Below, one piece after another: positions 17,585-26,057 of a DNA stretch of 26,198 bases (position 1 is the first letter of the stretch; each line of letters begins with the position of its first letter). The stretch lies in the NCBI GenBank assembly GCA_031372565.1, contig JANMLN010000037.1:1-26198 (forward strand). The letters run 5' to 3'. The DNA is from Gemmatimonadota bacterium (GTDB taxonomy: Bacteria > Gemmatimonadota > Gemmatimonadetes > Gemmatimonadales > Gemmatimonadaceae). A model generated the notes under the pieces. It saw only the letters and a program-made list of their open reading frames with translations. It searched no databases and was not told the DNA's origin. A program made the position numbers and the translations under genes.

Positions 17585-18202
17585 TCAGGGACGGCTCGGC
17601 GGCGGCGCAGGTAACGCCTTGGCCGCGCGAAAATCGCTCGGGAACCCTTCGGGGGGCGCCACGCGCGCGCCCGTGCGTGCCGACATCCATGCGTCGAACC
17701 CGCTCGAGAGCCAGCCGTCGCTCGCGTGCTGCTCCTTGGCGGCCCGGACGGCGAGGTCGTTCACGTACTCGTTCTGCGCGTGGCCGTTGTGGCCGCGGAC
17801 CCACCGCCAGTCCACCGCGCTGCCCTCGACCGCGCGGATCGCCTCGAACCAGAGTTCGAGATTCTCGATCGGGCCCGCCGCGCGCGTCCACCCGCGGCGC
17901 GCCCACCCGTGCACCCACTCCCGCATGCCGTCGATCAGGTAGCGCGAGTCGCTGGTAAAGGTGACCCGGAAGCGGCTGCCCTTCGCGTGGAGCGCACCGA
18001 AGCTCGCGATGACCGATGTGAGCGCCATCCGGTTGTTGGTCGTGCCCGGCGCGCCCACCCACAGGTCGCGACGCACCAGCACTCCGTCGTCGCGGCGGAA
18101 CTCGAGCAACGCGCCAGCGCCGCCGGGGTTGTCTCCCTCGCGGCCGTTACCAAGGCATGACTCATCGGCGTAGATCGCCACGTGGGCGCGCTCGTCGCTC
18201 AC
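17585..18202 (-). CDS. rnhA: Ribonuclease HI family protein (non-canonical active site)
   Basis: IYADESCLGN...PGGAG, TTNNRMAL, FTSDSRYLIDGM.EWV.GW.RRGW, IENLELW and WRWVRGHNGHAQNEYVNDLA. Confidence 0.88.
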   Translation of the reverse strand: MSDERAHVAIYADESCLGNGREGDNPGGAGALLEFRRDDGVLVRRDLWVGAPGTTNNRMALTSVIASFGALHAKGSRFRVTFTSDSRYLIDGMREWVHGWARRGWTRAAGPIENLELWFEAIRAVEGSAVDWRWVRGHNGHAQNEYVNDLAVRAAKEQHASDGWLSSGFDAWMSARTGARVAPPEGFPSDFRAAKALPAPPPSRP

Positions 18203-18414
18203 GAGACCACATCCCAGCGGTCGAGTTCGTCGATCCAGAACCTGATGCCGTCGCCCGTGGTGGGGTGCGTGGCGTCGAGCGCTTCGCGTCCGCCGACCAA
18301 CCGAATGGCCGAGGGGACGACGAGATACTCCGTGCCACGACGCCGGATGGCGACGCGGCGACCGCGCTCGATGGCCCCCTCGAGCCGGTCATAGTCGCCG
18401 GGTGAGAAGCTCAT
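18199..18414 (-). CDS. Small hypothetical protein, possible stand-alone WYL-like (SH3-fold) domain
   Basis: ATG at 18414 overlaps the upstream stop (ATGA) and its own stop overlaps the rnhA start (GTGA). Pattern LE.AI...RRV.I......VVP..I...GG...L.A......IRF.IDEL. Confidence 0.65.
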   Translation of the reverse strand: MSFSPGDYDRLEGAIERGRRVAIRRRGTEYLVVPSAIRLVGGREALDATHPTTGDGIRFWIDELDRWDVVS

Positions 18415-19565
18415 CGGCGGCCCCATCCGCGCACGAGCGTCTCGAGCACGTTCGTGGCACGGTCGATCTCGTCGAGGGGCACGTACTCTTCCGCAGCGTG
18501 CGCGAGCATGATGTCACCAGGTCCGTAGCAGATGGCGGGAATGCCGGCGTCGTTGAACAGCGCGGCGTCGGTCCAGGCGGACATGCCGCCGATGCGCACC
18601 GTTTCGCCGCGCTGCTCGATCGCGCGCGCGAGCGACCTGACCAGCGGCGCGTCGGTGCGCACGTCGCTCGGCGATTGTGAGAGGTCGAGCGTCGCGGTCG
18701 CGATCAGCCCCGGCGTGGCGCGCACGACCTCGGCGCACGCCGCCTCGACCTCGGCAAGTGCGTCGGCCGGGTGTTCGCCGGGCAGCGTGCGCCGTTCGAG
18801 GCGCAGCACGCAGCGGTCGGGATAGGTGCTCCACCCGGAGCCGCCCTCGATGGTGGCGGCGTGGAGCGACGCGTGCCCGAGGAGCGGGTGCGTGCGGGTC
18901 ACGAGGACGGTGGCCTCGAACTGATCGAGCGCGGCGAGGATGTGCGCGGCACCCGTGATCGCGTCGATGCCGATGTCATAGCGTGAGCCGTGGGCCGCAC
19001 GCCCCGTGACCGTCACGGTGATCCAGGCGAAGCCGCGGTGGGCGGGCATGATGGCGAGCGCCGTCGGCTCGGTGACGATGGCCGCGTCACCCGTGAGTCC
19101 GCGCTCGAGCAGTGATCGCGTGCCCGCGCTCGCGAACTCCTCGTCGGCCACGGCCGTGATGACGACCCGCGGCGCATCGCCAGCGGCGAGCGCCCGTGCC
19201 GCAGCGGCGCACATCGCGGCCACGCCGGCCTTCATGTCGCAGCTGCCGCGACCGTACAGGCGACCATGCCGCTCGGCGGGATCATGTGGCGGGTGCGACA
19301 TCCCCTCCACACCGACCGTGTCGAGGTGTCCGTTGAGAATGAGCGTTCCACGTGCGGCATCGCCGGCCGTCGCCATGAGGGAGGGTCGACCGGGCAGTGC
19401 GTCGACCAACTCCGTGACGAAGCCCCACGCCGACAACACGGTGGCGAGCTGCCGCGCCGCGATCGCTTCGCCCGGGGCGCCCGGGGCGAGCGATGGGTTG
19501 CGGGAGTCGATCGCGACGAGCATCGCGGTCAATGCGCGCGCGTCGGCGAAGGGAAGGTCCGTCAT
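18411..19565 (-). CDS. M20 family (ArgE/DapE-like) deacylase
   Basis: Start placed at ATG 19565 (MTDLPF). Has LNGHLDTV, GRLYGRGSCDMKAG, ADEE, VTEPT, GRAAHGS, WTDA and YGPG..AH..EE. Confidence 0.92.
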   Translation of the reverse strand: MTDLPFADARALTAMLVAIDSRNPSLAPGAPGEAIAARQLATVLSAWGFVTELVDALPGRPSLMATAGDAARGTLILNGHLDTVGVEGMSHPPHDPAERHGRLYGRGSCDMKAGVAAMCAAAARALAAGDAPRVVITAVADEEFASAGTRSLLERGLTGDAAIVTEPTALAIMPAHRGFAWITVTVTGRAAHGSRYDIGIDAITGAAHILAALDQFEATVLVTRTHPLLGHASLHAATIEGGSGWSTYPDRCVLRLERRTLPGEHPADALAEVEAACAEVVRATPGLIATATLDLSQSPSDVRTDAPLVRSLARAIEQRGETVRIGGMSAWTDAALFNDAGIPAICYGPGDIMLAHAAEEYVPLDEIDRATNVLETLVRGWGRR

Positions 19566-19594
19566 GGATCGGGAGCGGGAGACGCGCGGCGCGC

Positions 19595-20536
19595 CTAGCG
19601 CGCGACGGTAATCTGCACGCCGGTGCGCGCGACCGTGAACGGCAGCACTTCGCCCATGGTAGCGGCGGTGCGACGCACGGCGTCGACGTCGTCCTCGGCG
19701 GCCAGCAACAGCACACAGCCGCCGCCAGATGCGCCGAGGGCCTTGAAGCCGAGGGCGCCCACGGATGCGGTTGCGGCCATGAGGGCATCGATGCGCTCGG
19801 TGGTGATGTCCTCGTGCAGGGCGCGTTGCCGTTCCCAGTGCGACCGGACCAGGTCGGACAGCGTGTCGAGGGCGCCCCGTTCGAGTGCCGCTTCCATGAG
19901 TTCCGCCAGGTCGCGCATGTGCGCGAGGTGCGCACGCACGTCGGCGCGCCCTTCGCGCCACGCGTCAAGGACACCGGTGATGGTGCGGGCCGAGAGGCGC
20001 GATTCGCCGGTGTAGACGATCACGGCGCGCCGCTCGAAGCTCGCGATGGTCTCGTCGGAGACCGCGAGGGGGCGCACGGTCGGATGTCCCGCGCCGAAAC
20101 GCATGCCGAGCACGCCGCCGTAAGCGGCCGCGCAGTAGTCCTGCCACCCGCCGGCGACCTTGAGGTCCTCCGTCTCGACCACGCGCGCGCGGGCGACAAG
20201 CTCCATCGGGTCAATGAACTCGCCGCGCCACGCGGCGATGGCACCTTGCAGCGCCACGCCGGCCGCTGCGGAACCGCCGAGTCCGGCGGAGACGGGGAAG
20301 TTCGAGTTGATCGTGGCGTGGACGGTATGCAGTCCGGCGCGGCGCAACGCGGCGCGCGCGAGGGGGTCCATCGCGAGGGGGGCACTCGTCCCGTCGCGCT
20401 CCTCGAGCGTGACGGTCGCGTGGCGCGCAATGGCGATCGAGGTCACGGCCCCGAACGACTCGAGACAGACGGGCGGGACATCGGTCCAGCCCCCGCCGAG
20501 ATCGAGGCGGGTGGGCGCGCGGGCGATTACGCGCAT
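19595..20536 (-). CDS. GHMP-family sugar kinase (HddA/fucokinase-like)
   Basis: ARAPTRLDLGGGWTD, PVSAGLGGS (GHMP P-loop), GGWQDY..AAYGG and KALGASGGG. Confidence 0.88.
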   Translation of the reverse strand: MRVIARAPTRLDLGGGWTDVPPVCLESFGAVTSIAIARHATVTLEERDGTSAPLAMDPLARAALRRAGLHTVHATINSNFPVSAGLGGSAAAGVALQGAIAAWRGEFIDPMELVARARVVETEDLKVAGGWQDYCAAAYGGVLGMRFGAGHPTVRPLAVSDETIASFERRAVIVYTGESRLSARTITGVLDAWREGRADVRAHLAHMRDLAELMEAALERGALDTLSDLVRSHWERQRALHEDITTERIDALMAATASVGALGFKALGASGGGCVLLLAAEDDVDAVRRTAATMGEVLPFTVARTGVQITVAR

Positions 20537-20591
20537 GGTACCGACGCAGCGACACGCGCGCCAACGGCGGCGCGCGGACGCTGCATGGCGG

Positions 20592-21083
20592 CTACTTCTT
20601 CTTGGCCGGCTTGGCCGCGGGCTTCGCGGCGGGCTTCGCAGCTGGCTTGGCTGCGGGCTTCGCTGGCTTGGCCTTGGGGGCGGCCGCTGCCTTGGGCGCT
20701 GTCGGAGCCGCAGGCTTGGCGACTGCCTTCTTGGGTGCCTCGTCCTTGGACGCGGGCAGCGCCTTGATGGGGCGCTTGTGCTTCGCAGCGTGCTCCTCAG
20801 CTTCCCTGATGAGCTTGTCGGCCTCTTCCTGCGTCATCTGGCCACGGCGCACCATGAACTGCGCGAGATCGCGCGCGCTCTCGGCGGCGAACTGCGAGAT
20901 GCCGGCAGCGGCGTGAATGACCTCGCGCATGGCGGCCGACATCTTGGAGCCTGCCTCCAGCGAGATCTCGTGCGCCTTCGCCGTCATTTCGGCTACGGCA
21001 TCGCGCAGGTCTTGGCCGCGGTGGCCGGGACCGCGACGCGGCGCAGGCGGAGCGGCGGGCGGAGCATCATTGTCGGGCGTCAT
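20592..21083 (-). CDS. PhaF/phasin-like protein with histone H1-like AKP tail
   Basis: Likely start is ATG 21083 (MTPDND), with GGGAG upstream. Amphipathic helices with FMVRRGQMTQEEADKLIRE and a C-terminal (KPAA)n...KKK. Confidence 0.65.
   Translation of the reverse strand: MTPDNDAPPAAPPAPRRGPGHRGQDLRDAVAEMTAKAHEISLEAGSKMSAAMREVIHAAAGISQFAAESARDLAQFMVRRGQMTQEEADKLIREAEEHAAKHKRPIKALPASKDEAPKKAVAKPAAPTAPKAAAAPKAKPAKPAAKPAAKPAAKPAAKPAKKK
20604..20673 (-). repeat. Degenerate 12-bp coding tandem repeat (KPAA units)
   Basis: Encodes AKPAKPAAKPAAKPAAKPAAKPA, with synonymous variation between units. Confidence 0.8.
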
Positions 21084-21194
21084 ACGTGTAAACTCCCTGC
21101 CCACTGAAGGGCGCGAGACGAAGAACGAGCTAGAACGTTGTGCGGCTTGGATTTGCGCGATTTTCACTTCGCGCATCGTGTCAGTCGGGGGGTA

Positions 21195-21222
21195 ACTATA
21201 TGATTTTCAGTCACGTACGCAA
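21195..21222 (-). promoter_or_regulatory. Putative sigma70-type promoter for the minus-strand gene run
   Basis: Minus strand TTGCGT, 16-nt spacer, TATAGT, inside an AT-rich divergent intergenic region. Confidence 0.45.
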
Positions 21223-21338
21223 GGTGTGACACCAAAGCAACCAAAAGGTGCATCTTGCGACAAATATAGCTAACCACGAACAGAAAGTTCGCTTTTAGAG
21301 ACACCAGCGAGCCATCAACGAACCACAATAGCCATACT

Positions 21339-22430
21339 ATGCTCGAAGGAATTCGTGTACTCGATCTTTCACGAGTGCTGGCAGGGCCCATCTGCGCCAT
21401 GACGCTCGGCGATTTGGGCGCACACGTGATCAAGGTCGAGAGGGCCGGCGCAGGCGATGATACGCGTGCGTGGGGGCCGCCGTTCGATGCGGACGGCGAG
21501 AGCGCCTACTACCTGTCGATCAACCGGAACAAGAAGGGCATCGCACTCGACTTCACCCGCGACGACGACGTTGCGGTGGTGCACACGCTGCTCGCGACGG
21601 CGGATGTGGTCGTCGACAACTTCCTGCCGGGTGCCCTCGCGCGGCGCGGCATCGATCCCGACGCGCTCGTGGAGGCGCACCCGGCGCTCGTGTGGTGCAC
21701 GATCGGTGGCTTCGCCCGTGATCCACAACGACCGGGCTACGATCTCGTGGCGCAGGCCGAGTCGGGCATGATGGCGGTGACGGGTGAGCCGCAGGGAACG
21801 CCGATGAAGCACGGCATCGCCATCGTCGACATCCTGGCCGGCAAAGACGCGGCGACGGCCATCTGTGCGGCACTGGCGGCGCGCGCGCGCGGACCGCGCC
21901 CAGCCGCCGAGCGGCGTATTCACATCACCCTCATGGAAACGGCGCTCGCGGCCATGTCGTATGCCATGCAGAACGTGATGGTGAGCGGGCGCGATGCCGC
22001 GCGCGCCGGCAACGGCAACCCGAATCTCGTCCCGTACCAGCTGATCGACGCGCGCGACCGTCCCTTCATCCTCGCTGTGGGCAACGATCACCAGTTCGCG
22101 GCCTGCGCGGCGGCCCTCGGTGTTGCAGCGCTCGCGACCGACGCGCGCTTCGCCACCAACGCCGCGCGCGTGATGCACCGCGAGGCGCTCATCGCCGAAC
22201 TCACCGCGGTACTCGCGGCGCGCGACGCCGACGCCTGGATTGCCGTGCTCGACGCGGCGCATGTGCCGTGCGGTCGCGTGCATTCGGTGCGCGAGGCGTT
22301 GACGACCGCGGGGGGGTCGCCGCGCACCGGCATGCCGCCTTCCGTGCCCGGCTCCGTGCGCCTTCCGCCGCCCAAGCTCGACGAGCACGGCGCCGCCATT
22401 CGCGCGCTCGGCTGGGAGGTCTTCGCGTGA
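21339..22430 (+). CDS. CaiB/BaiF family (class III) CoA transferase
   Basis: LEGIRVLDLSRVLAGP...LGDLGAHVIKVE..GDDTR.WGPP, NRNKK, DVVVDNF, RPGYD...QAESG (catalytic Asp) and PPKLDEH. Confidence 0.93.
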   Translation: MLEGIRVLDLSRVLAGPICAMTLGDLGAHVIKVERAGAGDDTRAWGPPFDADGESAYYLSINRNKKGIALDFTRDDDVAVVHTLLATADVVVDNFLPGALARRGIDPDALVEAHPALVWCTIGGFARDPQRPGYDLVAQAESGMMAVTGEPQGTPMKHGIAIVDILAGKDAATAICAALAARARGPRPAAERRIHITLMETALAAMSYAMQNVMVSGRDAARAGNGNPNLVPYQLIDARDRPFILAVGNDHQFAACAAALGVAALATDARFATNAARVMHREALIAELTAVLAARDADAWIAVLDAAHVPCGRVHSVREALTTAGGSPRTGMPPSVPGSVRLPPPKLDEHGAAIRALGWEVFA

Positions 22431-22530
22431 CGCACTCGGCGCGCGCTGCGTCCATTCGTGACCGGAACCGGGCGACGAATCGTCGTGCGGGGCTGTCCCG
22501 TGCGCGTTCGCGACGTTACACTAATCGCGG

Positions 22531-23094
22531 ATGACGACGGCCCAGCCCGTAATGACAGACCCGGCCGAGGCGGATCAGGAGCTCATCAATCGGATTCTCG
22601 CCGGAGAGTCCGAGCTCTTCTCCACTCTCATCCGCCGGTACAGCGATCCCCTCTACCGTCATGCGCTGGGCATGACCGGGTCGCCTGACGTTGCCGAGGA
22701 TATCCTCCAGTCGTCCTTCATCAAGGCGTTCAACCACCTCGCGGAAGTGCGCGGCCGGTTTGACGCCTGGGTGTTCCGGATCGTGGCCAATGGCTGCAAG
22801 GACTGGCTCAAGAACATCCGGCGTACCCACCTCAGTTACGATGAGGACGATCAACCGTCTTCTTTTGCGACCCCCGAAGAAGATCTCGACCGGACAGAGC
22901 TCCGGACCGATCTCGATCGGGCCCTGGCGCACCTCGCGCCGAGTTTGCGGGAAGCCTTCGTCATGAAGCACGTCGAAGGGCGGTCGTACGAGGAGATGGC
23001 GGAGCTGCTGCACACGACGGTCGGAGCGCTGAAGATGCGCGTGCATCGGGCACGGGAAGCGCTGCAGGCCCTGTTGGAGGAGAAATACGCGTGA
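22531..23094 (+). CDS. ECF (sigma-70 group 4) RNA polymerase sigma factor
   Basis: Region 2 AEDILQSSFIKAF...FDAWVFRIVANGCKD and region 4 REAFVMKHVEGRSYEEMAELL..TVGALKMRVHRAR. Confidence 0.93.
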   Translation: MTTAQPVMTDPAEADQELINRILAGESELFSTLIRRYSDPLYRHALGMTGSPDVAEDILQSSFIKAFNHLAEVRGRFDAWVFRIVANGCKDWLKNIRRTHLSYDEDDQPSSFATPEEDLDRTELRTDLDRALAHLAPSLREAFVMKHVEGRSYEEMAELLHTTVGALKMRVHRAREALQALLEEKYA

Positions 23095-23393
23095 ACACGA
23101 ATCGTGACCTGACCGAGGGCGCTCGTCCGGCGACGCGCCCGACCACGGAGACCACCCCGCGCGCCCAGCTGGCCGACGGCGACGCACTCGAGCCGCGCCT
23201 GACGAGCCCTGCGCTGCACGCCTGGCTCGACGGCGAGATCACCGACGCGTCGCTCGCGGTCAGCGAGCGCCCGCAGGTGATCGCCATGTGGAAGGCCCTC
23301 GGCAGCGACGCCGAGAAGCTCCGCCACATGACGACGCCCAAGAGTGTCGAAGCCATCGTGATGTCCAAGATCCGCGAGACCCGCAGCGCGTAA
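23091..23393 (+). CDS. Putative small soluble anti-sigma factor
   Basis: GTGA overlap with the sigma gene. LHAWLDGEI resembles the anti-sigma domain helix, and there is no transmembrane segment. Confidence 0.6.
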   Translation: MNTNRDLTEGARPATRPTTETTPRAQLADGDALEPRLTSPALHAWLDGEITDASLAVSERPQVIAMWKALGSDAEKLRHMTTPKSVEAIVMSKIRETRSA

Positions 23394-23430
23394 CCACACG
23401 CGCGCGTTCGCAGCGCACACGCGGTGCAGA

Positions 23431-23464
23431 AAGGCGGGCCGACACACGGGTGTCGGCCCGCCTT
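23431..23464. terminator. Intrinsic, probably bidirectional terminator hairpin
   Basis: Perfect 15-bp stem AAGGCGGGCCGACAC-ACGG-GTGTCGGCCCGCCTT between convergent genes, followed by CGTGTTT. Confidence 0.85.
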
Positions 23465-23506
23465 CGTGTTTGGCACCCTGCGAAGCGCCGACCGGCGGCT
23501 CGGACG

Positions 23507-24058
23507 CTAGGCCGAGGGAAAGCCGGGCAGCGCGCGCAGCTCCGCCATCTGTACCAGGTGGCGCGCGCCGTGCTCGGCGCTGAACAGCGCCCACTGCAAG
23601 CCGTCACAGGTGCCGAGCACCGGGTGCGGTGCGGAGCGCTCACGGAGCGCGTCGCCCTTCGTTTCGACGGCGCCGGCAATCGCGTCGCGCGCGCCGAGCA
23701 GCGTCTCCATGCATTCGGCGCGCGTGCCGAAGCGGCCTTTGGGGCGCACCGTCTCGGGCGCTTCGATTTTGACCCCGCGATTGGCCACGTGCACGGGGAT
23801 CATCGCGTCCTTCTTGGCACGCTGCTCCGCGGTGAAGTTCGCCGGTTCGAGCGACGGGAACTTCTCGGTGATGAGCCGCGCGGTACCGCGATCGACGACC
23901 GCCAGATGCTCGGCGATGTGCGCCGCGCTCCAGGTCACGTCGTCGGGCGCCCATGTCCATTGCGCATCTGACAGCGGCTCGAAAGCGGCGCGCACCTCGG
24001 CGCGCGCCTCGGCGAGGCGGGCGAGGACTTGGGCGGGGGTCAGCGGAACGGCGCTCAT
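23507..24058 (-). CDS. DinB family protein
   Basis: LSDAQW.W.P...WSAAHIAEHL and C-terminal EHGARHLVQM (His triad). Confidence 0.85.
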   Translation of the reverse strand: MSAVPLTPAQVLARLAEARAEVRAAFEPLSDAQWTWAPDDVTWSAAHIAEHLAVVDRGTARLITEKFPSLEPANFTAEQRAKKDAMIPVHVANRGVKIEAPETVRPKGRFGTRAECMETLLGARDAIAGAVETKGDALRERSAPHPVLGTCDGLQWALFSAEHGARHLVQMAELRALPGFPSA

Positions 24059-24137
24059 GTGGAGGCGAGTGACTGCGGTGGGAGAGCGGTGAGGACAACG
24101 CGCGGGAGATGACGAATCCGCGAGGGGCGCACAAGGG

Positions 24138-25544
24138 CTAGATGTGAATGCTGCGCCCCATCACGGCGAGCGCGGCTTCCTTGACGGCTTCGTTGAGCGT
24201 CGGATGCGAGTGCACCGTGATCCCGATGTCCTCGCTCGACCCGCGCCACTCCATCGCGAGCACGGCCTCGGTGAGCAGGTCCGCCGCGTTCGCGCCGATG
24301 ATGTGGCAGCCCAGCAGTTCGTCGGTGGTGGCATCAGCGATGAACTTCACGAAGCCCTGCGTTTCGGCCATGGTGCGCGCGCGGCCGTTGGCGCTGAACG
24401 GGAACTTGCCAACCTTGTACGCGCGCCCTTCGGCCTTGACCTCGTGTTCGGCCATGCCGCAGCTCGCGATCTCGGGCCACGTGTACACGACGCTCGGCAT
24501 CGTACGGTAGTGCATCTCGCTGTGGTGGCCGGCAATCACCTCGGCCGCCACCACGCCCTCTTCCTCCGCCTTGTGCGCGAGCAGCTTGCCGCCGACCGCG
24601 TCACCAATGGCGAACACACCGTCGAGGTTGGTGCGCATCTGGTGATCGACCACGATCTCGCCACGCTTGCCGAGTGCGAGACCCAGCGCAGCGGCATCGA
24701 TGCCGTTGAGCGCGGGCTTGCGGCCCACCGACACGAGCACGTAATCGGCGTCGATCGATTGCGCGGTGCCGTTGGTGTCGACGTGCACCTGCACGCCGCT
24801 GGATGAGACGTCGGCGCCGGTCACTTTGGTGCCGGTCATGAGCGCGAGGCCCTGCTTCGTGAAGATCTTCGTCGCTTCCTTGATCACATCCTCGTCGTTG
24901 CCGGGGAGAATGGTCGGCATGAACTCGACGACGGTGACCTTGGCGCCCAACCGGCGCCAGACGGAGCCGAGCTCGAGACCGATCACACCGCCGCCGATGA
25001 CGACCAGATGCTTGGGGACCTCGGGGATCTTGAGCGCGCCGACGTTCGAGAGGACGCGCTGCTCATCGAACTTCAGGAAAGGCAGCTCGACCGGCACCGA
25101 GCCGGTGGCGAGGATCACGTGCTTGGGTGTGTACGTCGTGACGGTACCGTCGGCGGCGGTGACGTCCACCACACGATTCGCCTTGAGCGTGCCGCGCCCC
25201 TTGGCCCACGTGATCTTGTTCTTCTTGAACAGGAACTCGACCCCCTTGGTGTTCGCGGCGACGACGTCGTCCTTCCGCTTCATCATGGTGGGGAGGTCGA
25301 GCTCGGGGCTGACCTTGACGCCATGCTCGGCGGCGTGGAGGCGCGCGAACTCGAAGTGCTCCGAACTCTGCAGGAGCGCCTTGCTGGGGATGCAGCCGAC
25401 GTTCACGCAGGTGCCGCCGAGCGTCTTGTCGAGCTCGACGCAGACCGTGGCGAGTCCGAGTTGGGCCGCGCGGATGGCGGCGACGTAGCCACCAGGGCCG
25501 CCGCCGATGATGAGGAGATCGGGGGTCAGGTTGGCGTCAGGCAT
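24138..25544 (-). CDS. lpdA: Dihydrolipoyl dehydrogenase (E3)
   Basis: IIGGGPGGYVAAIRAAQLG, redox disulfide GGTCVNVGCIPSK, NAD-binding IGGGVIGLE, LAHKAEEEG and HSHPTLNE. Confidence 0.97.
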   Translation of the reverse strand: MPDANLTPDLLIIGGGPGGYVAAIRAAQLGLATVCVELDKTLGGTCVNVGCIPSKALLQSSEHFEFARLHAAEHGVKVSPELDLPTMMKRKDDVVAANTKGVEFLFKKNKITWAKGRGTLKANRVVDVTAADGTVTTYTPKHVILATGSVPVELPFLKFDEQRVLSNVGALKIPEVPKHLVVIGGGVIGLELGSVWRRLGAKVTVVEFMPTILPGNDEDVIKEATKIFTKQGLALMTGTKVTGADVSSSGVQVHVDTNGTAQSIDADYVLVSVGRKPALNGIDAAALGLALGKRGEIVVDHQMRTNLDGVFAIGDAVGGKLLAHKAEEEGVVAAEVIAGHHSEMHYRTMPSVVYTWPEIASCGMAEHEVKAEGRAYKVGKFPFSANGRARTMAETQGFVKFIADATTDELLGCHIIGANAADLLTEAVLAMEWRGSSEDIGITVHSHPTLNEAVKEAALAVMGRSIHI

Positions 25545-25624
25545 GGCGTGAATCTAGCCGGGGCTGCGTGAGATTGGTTGTGTGGTTCTCTGGAGGGGTA
25601 TGGAGATTGGGAGAGGGGCGGGGG

Positions 25625-25658
25625 GGGAGACACAGAGCACACAGAGAATCACAGAGGG
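25625..25658 (+). repeat. Left inverted-repeat arm flanking the GxxExxY gene
   Basis: GGGAGACACAGAGCACACAGAGAATCACAGAGGG, 30/34 identical to the reverse complement of 26024-26057, with three CACAGAG units. Confidence 0.85.
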
Positions 25659-25664
25659 ACTGCC

Positions 25665-26033
25665 ATGTTGGATGCGCGTACGGATCGGATCATCGGGGCG
25701 GCGATTGCGGTGCACCGGGGGTTGGGGCCCGGGTTGCTTGAGTCGGCGTATGTGGGGGCGCTCGCGGTGGAACTCGCCGCGCGCGAGATCCCGTTTCGGC
25801 GCGAGGTCGCGCTGCCGGTCGTGTATCGCGGCCAAGCGCTGCACGTGTCGTATCGCCTCGACGTCCTGGCGTTCGAGGCGGTGGTGGTCGAGATCAAGAG
25901 CGTCGAAGCCATCCACCGCATCCACGTCCAACAGACGCTCACTTACATGCGGCTAGGCCAATTCCCCGTCGGCCTGCTATTGAACTTCAATGTCCCCATT
26001 CTGAAAGACGGCATCACCCGCCTCTCTCTGTGA
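25665..26033 (+). CDS. GxxExxY protein (PD-(D/E)XK nuclease-like)
   Basis: ATG 25665 with GAGGG upstream. IIGAAIAVHRGLGPGLLESAY, YRLDVL...VVVEIKS, Q.LTYMRL...VGLLLNFN...LKDGI.R. Confidence 0.92.
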   Translation: MLDARTDRIIGAAIAVHRGLGPGLLESAYVGALAVELAAREIPFRREVALPVVYRGQALHVSYRLDVLAFEAVVVEIKSVEAIHRIHVQQTLTYMRLGQFPVGLLLNFNVPILKDGITRLSL

Positions 26034-26057
26034 CCCTCTATGTGCTCTGTGTCTCCC
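26024..26057 (-). repeat. Right inverted-repeat arm flanking the GxxExxY gene
   Basis: CTCTCTGTGACCCTCTATGTGCTCTGTGTCTCCC overlaps the gene's TGA stop and is the reverse complement of the left arm. Confidence 0.85.

Noticed and set aside
19566..19961. N-terminal extension of the 516-aa M20 ORF
   Set aside because: It overlaps the GHMP kinase and is an Arg-rich shadow translation. M20 similarity begins at MTDLPF.
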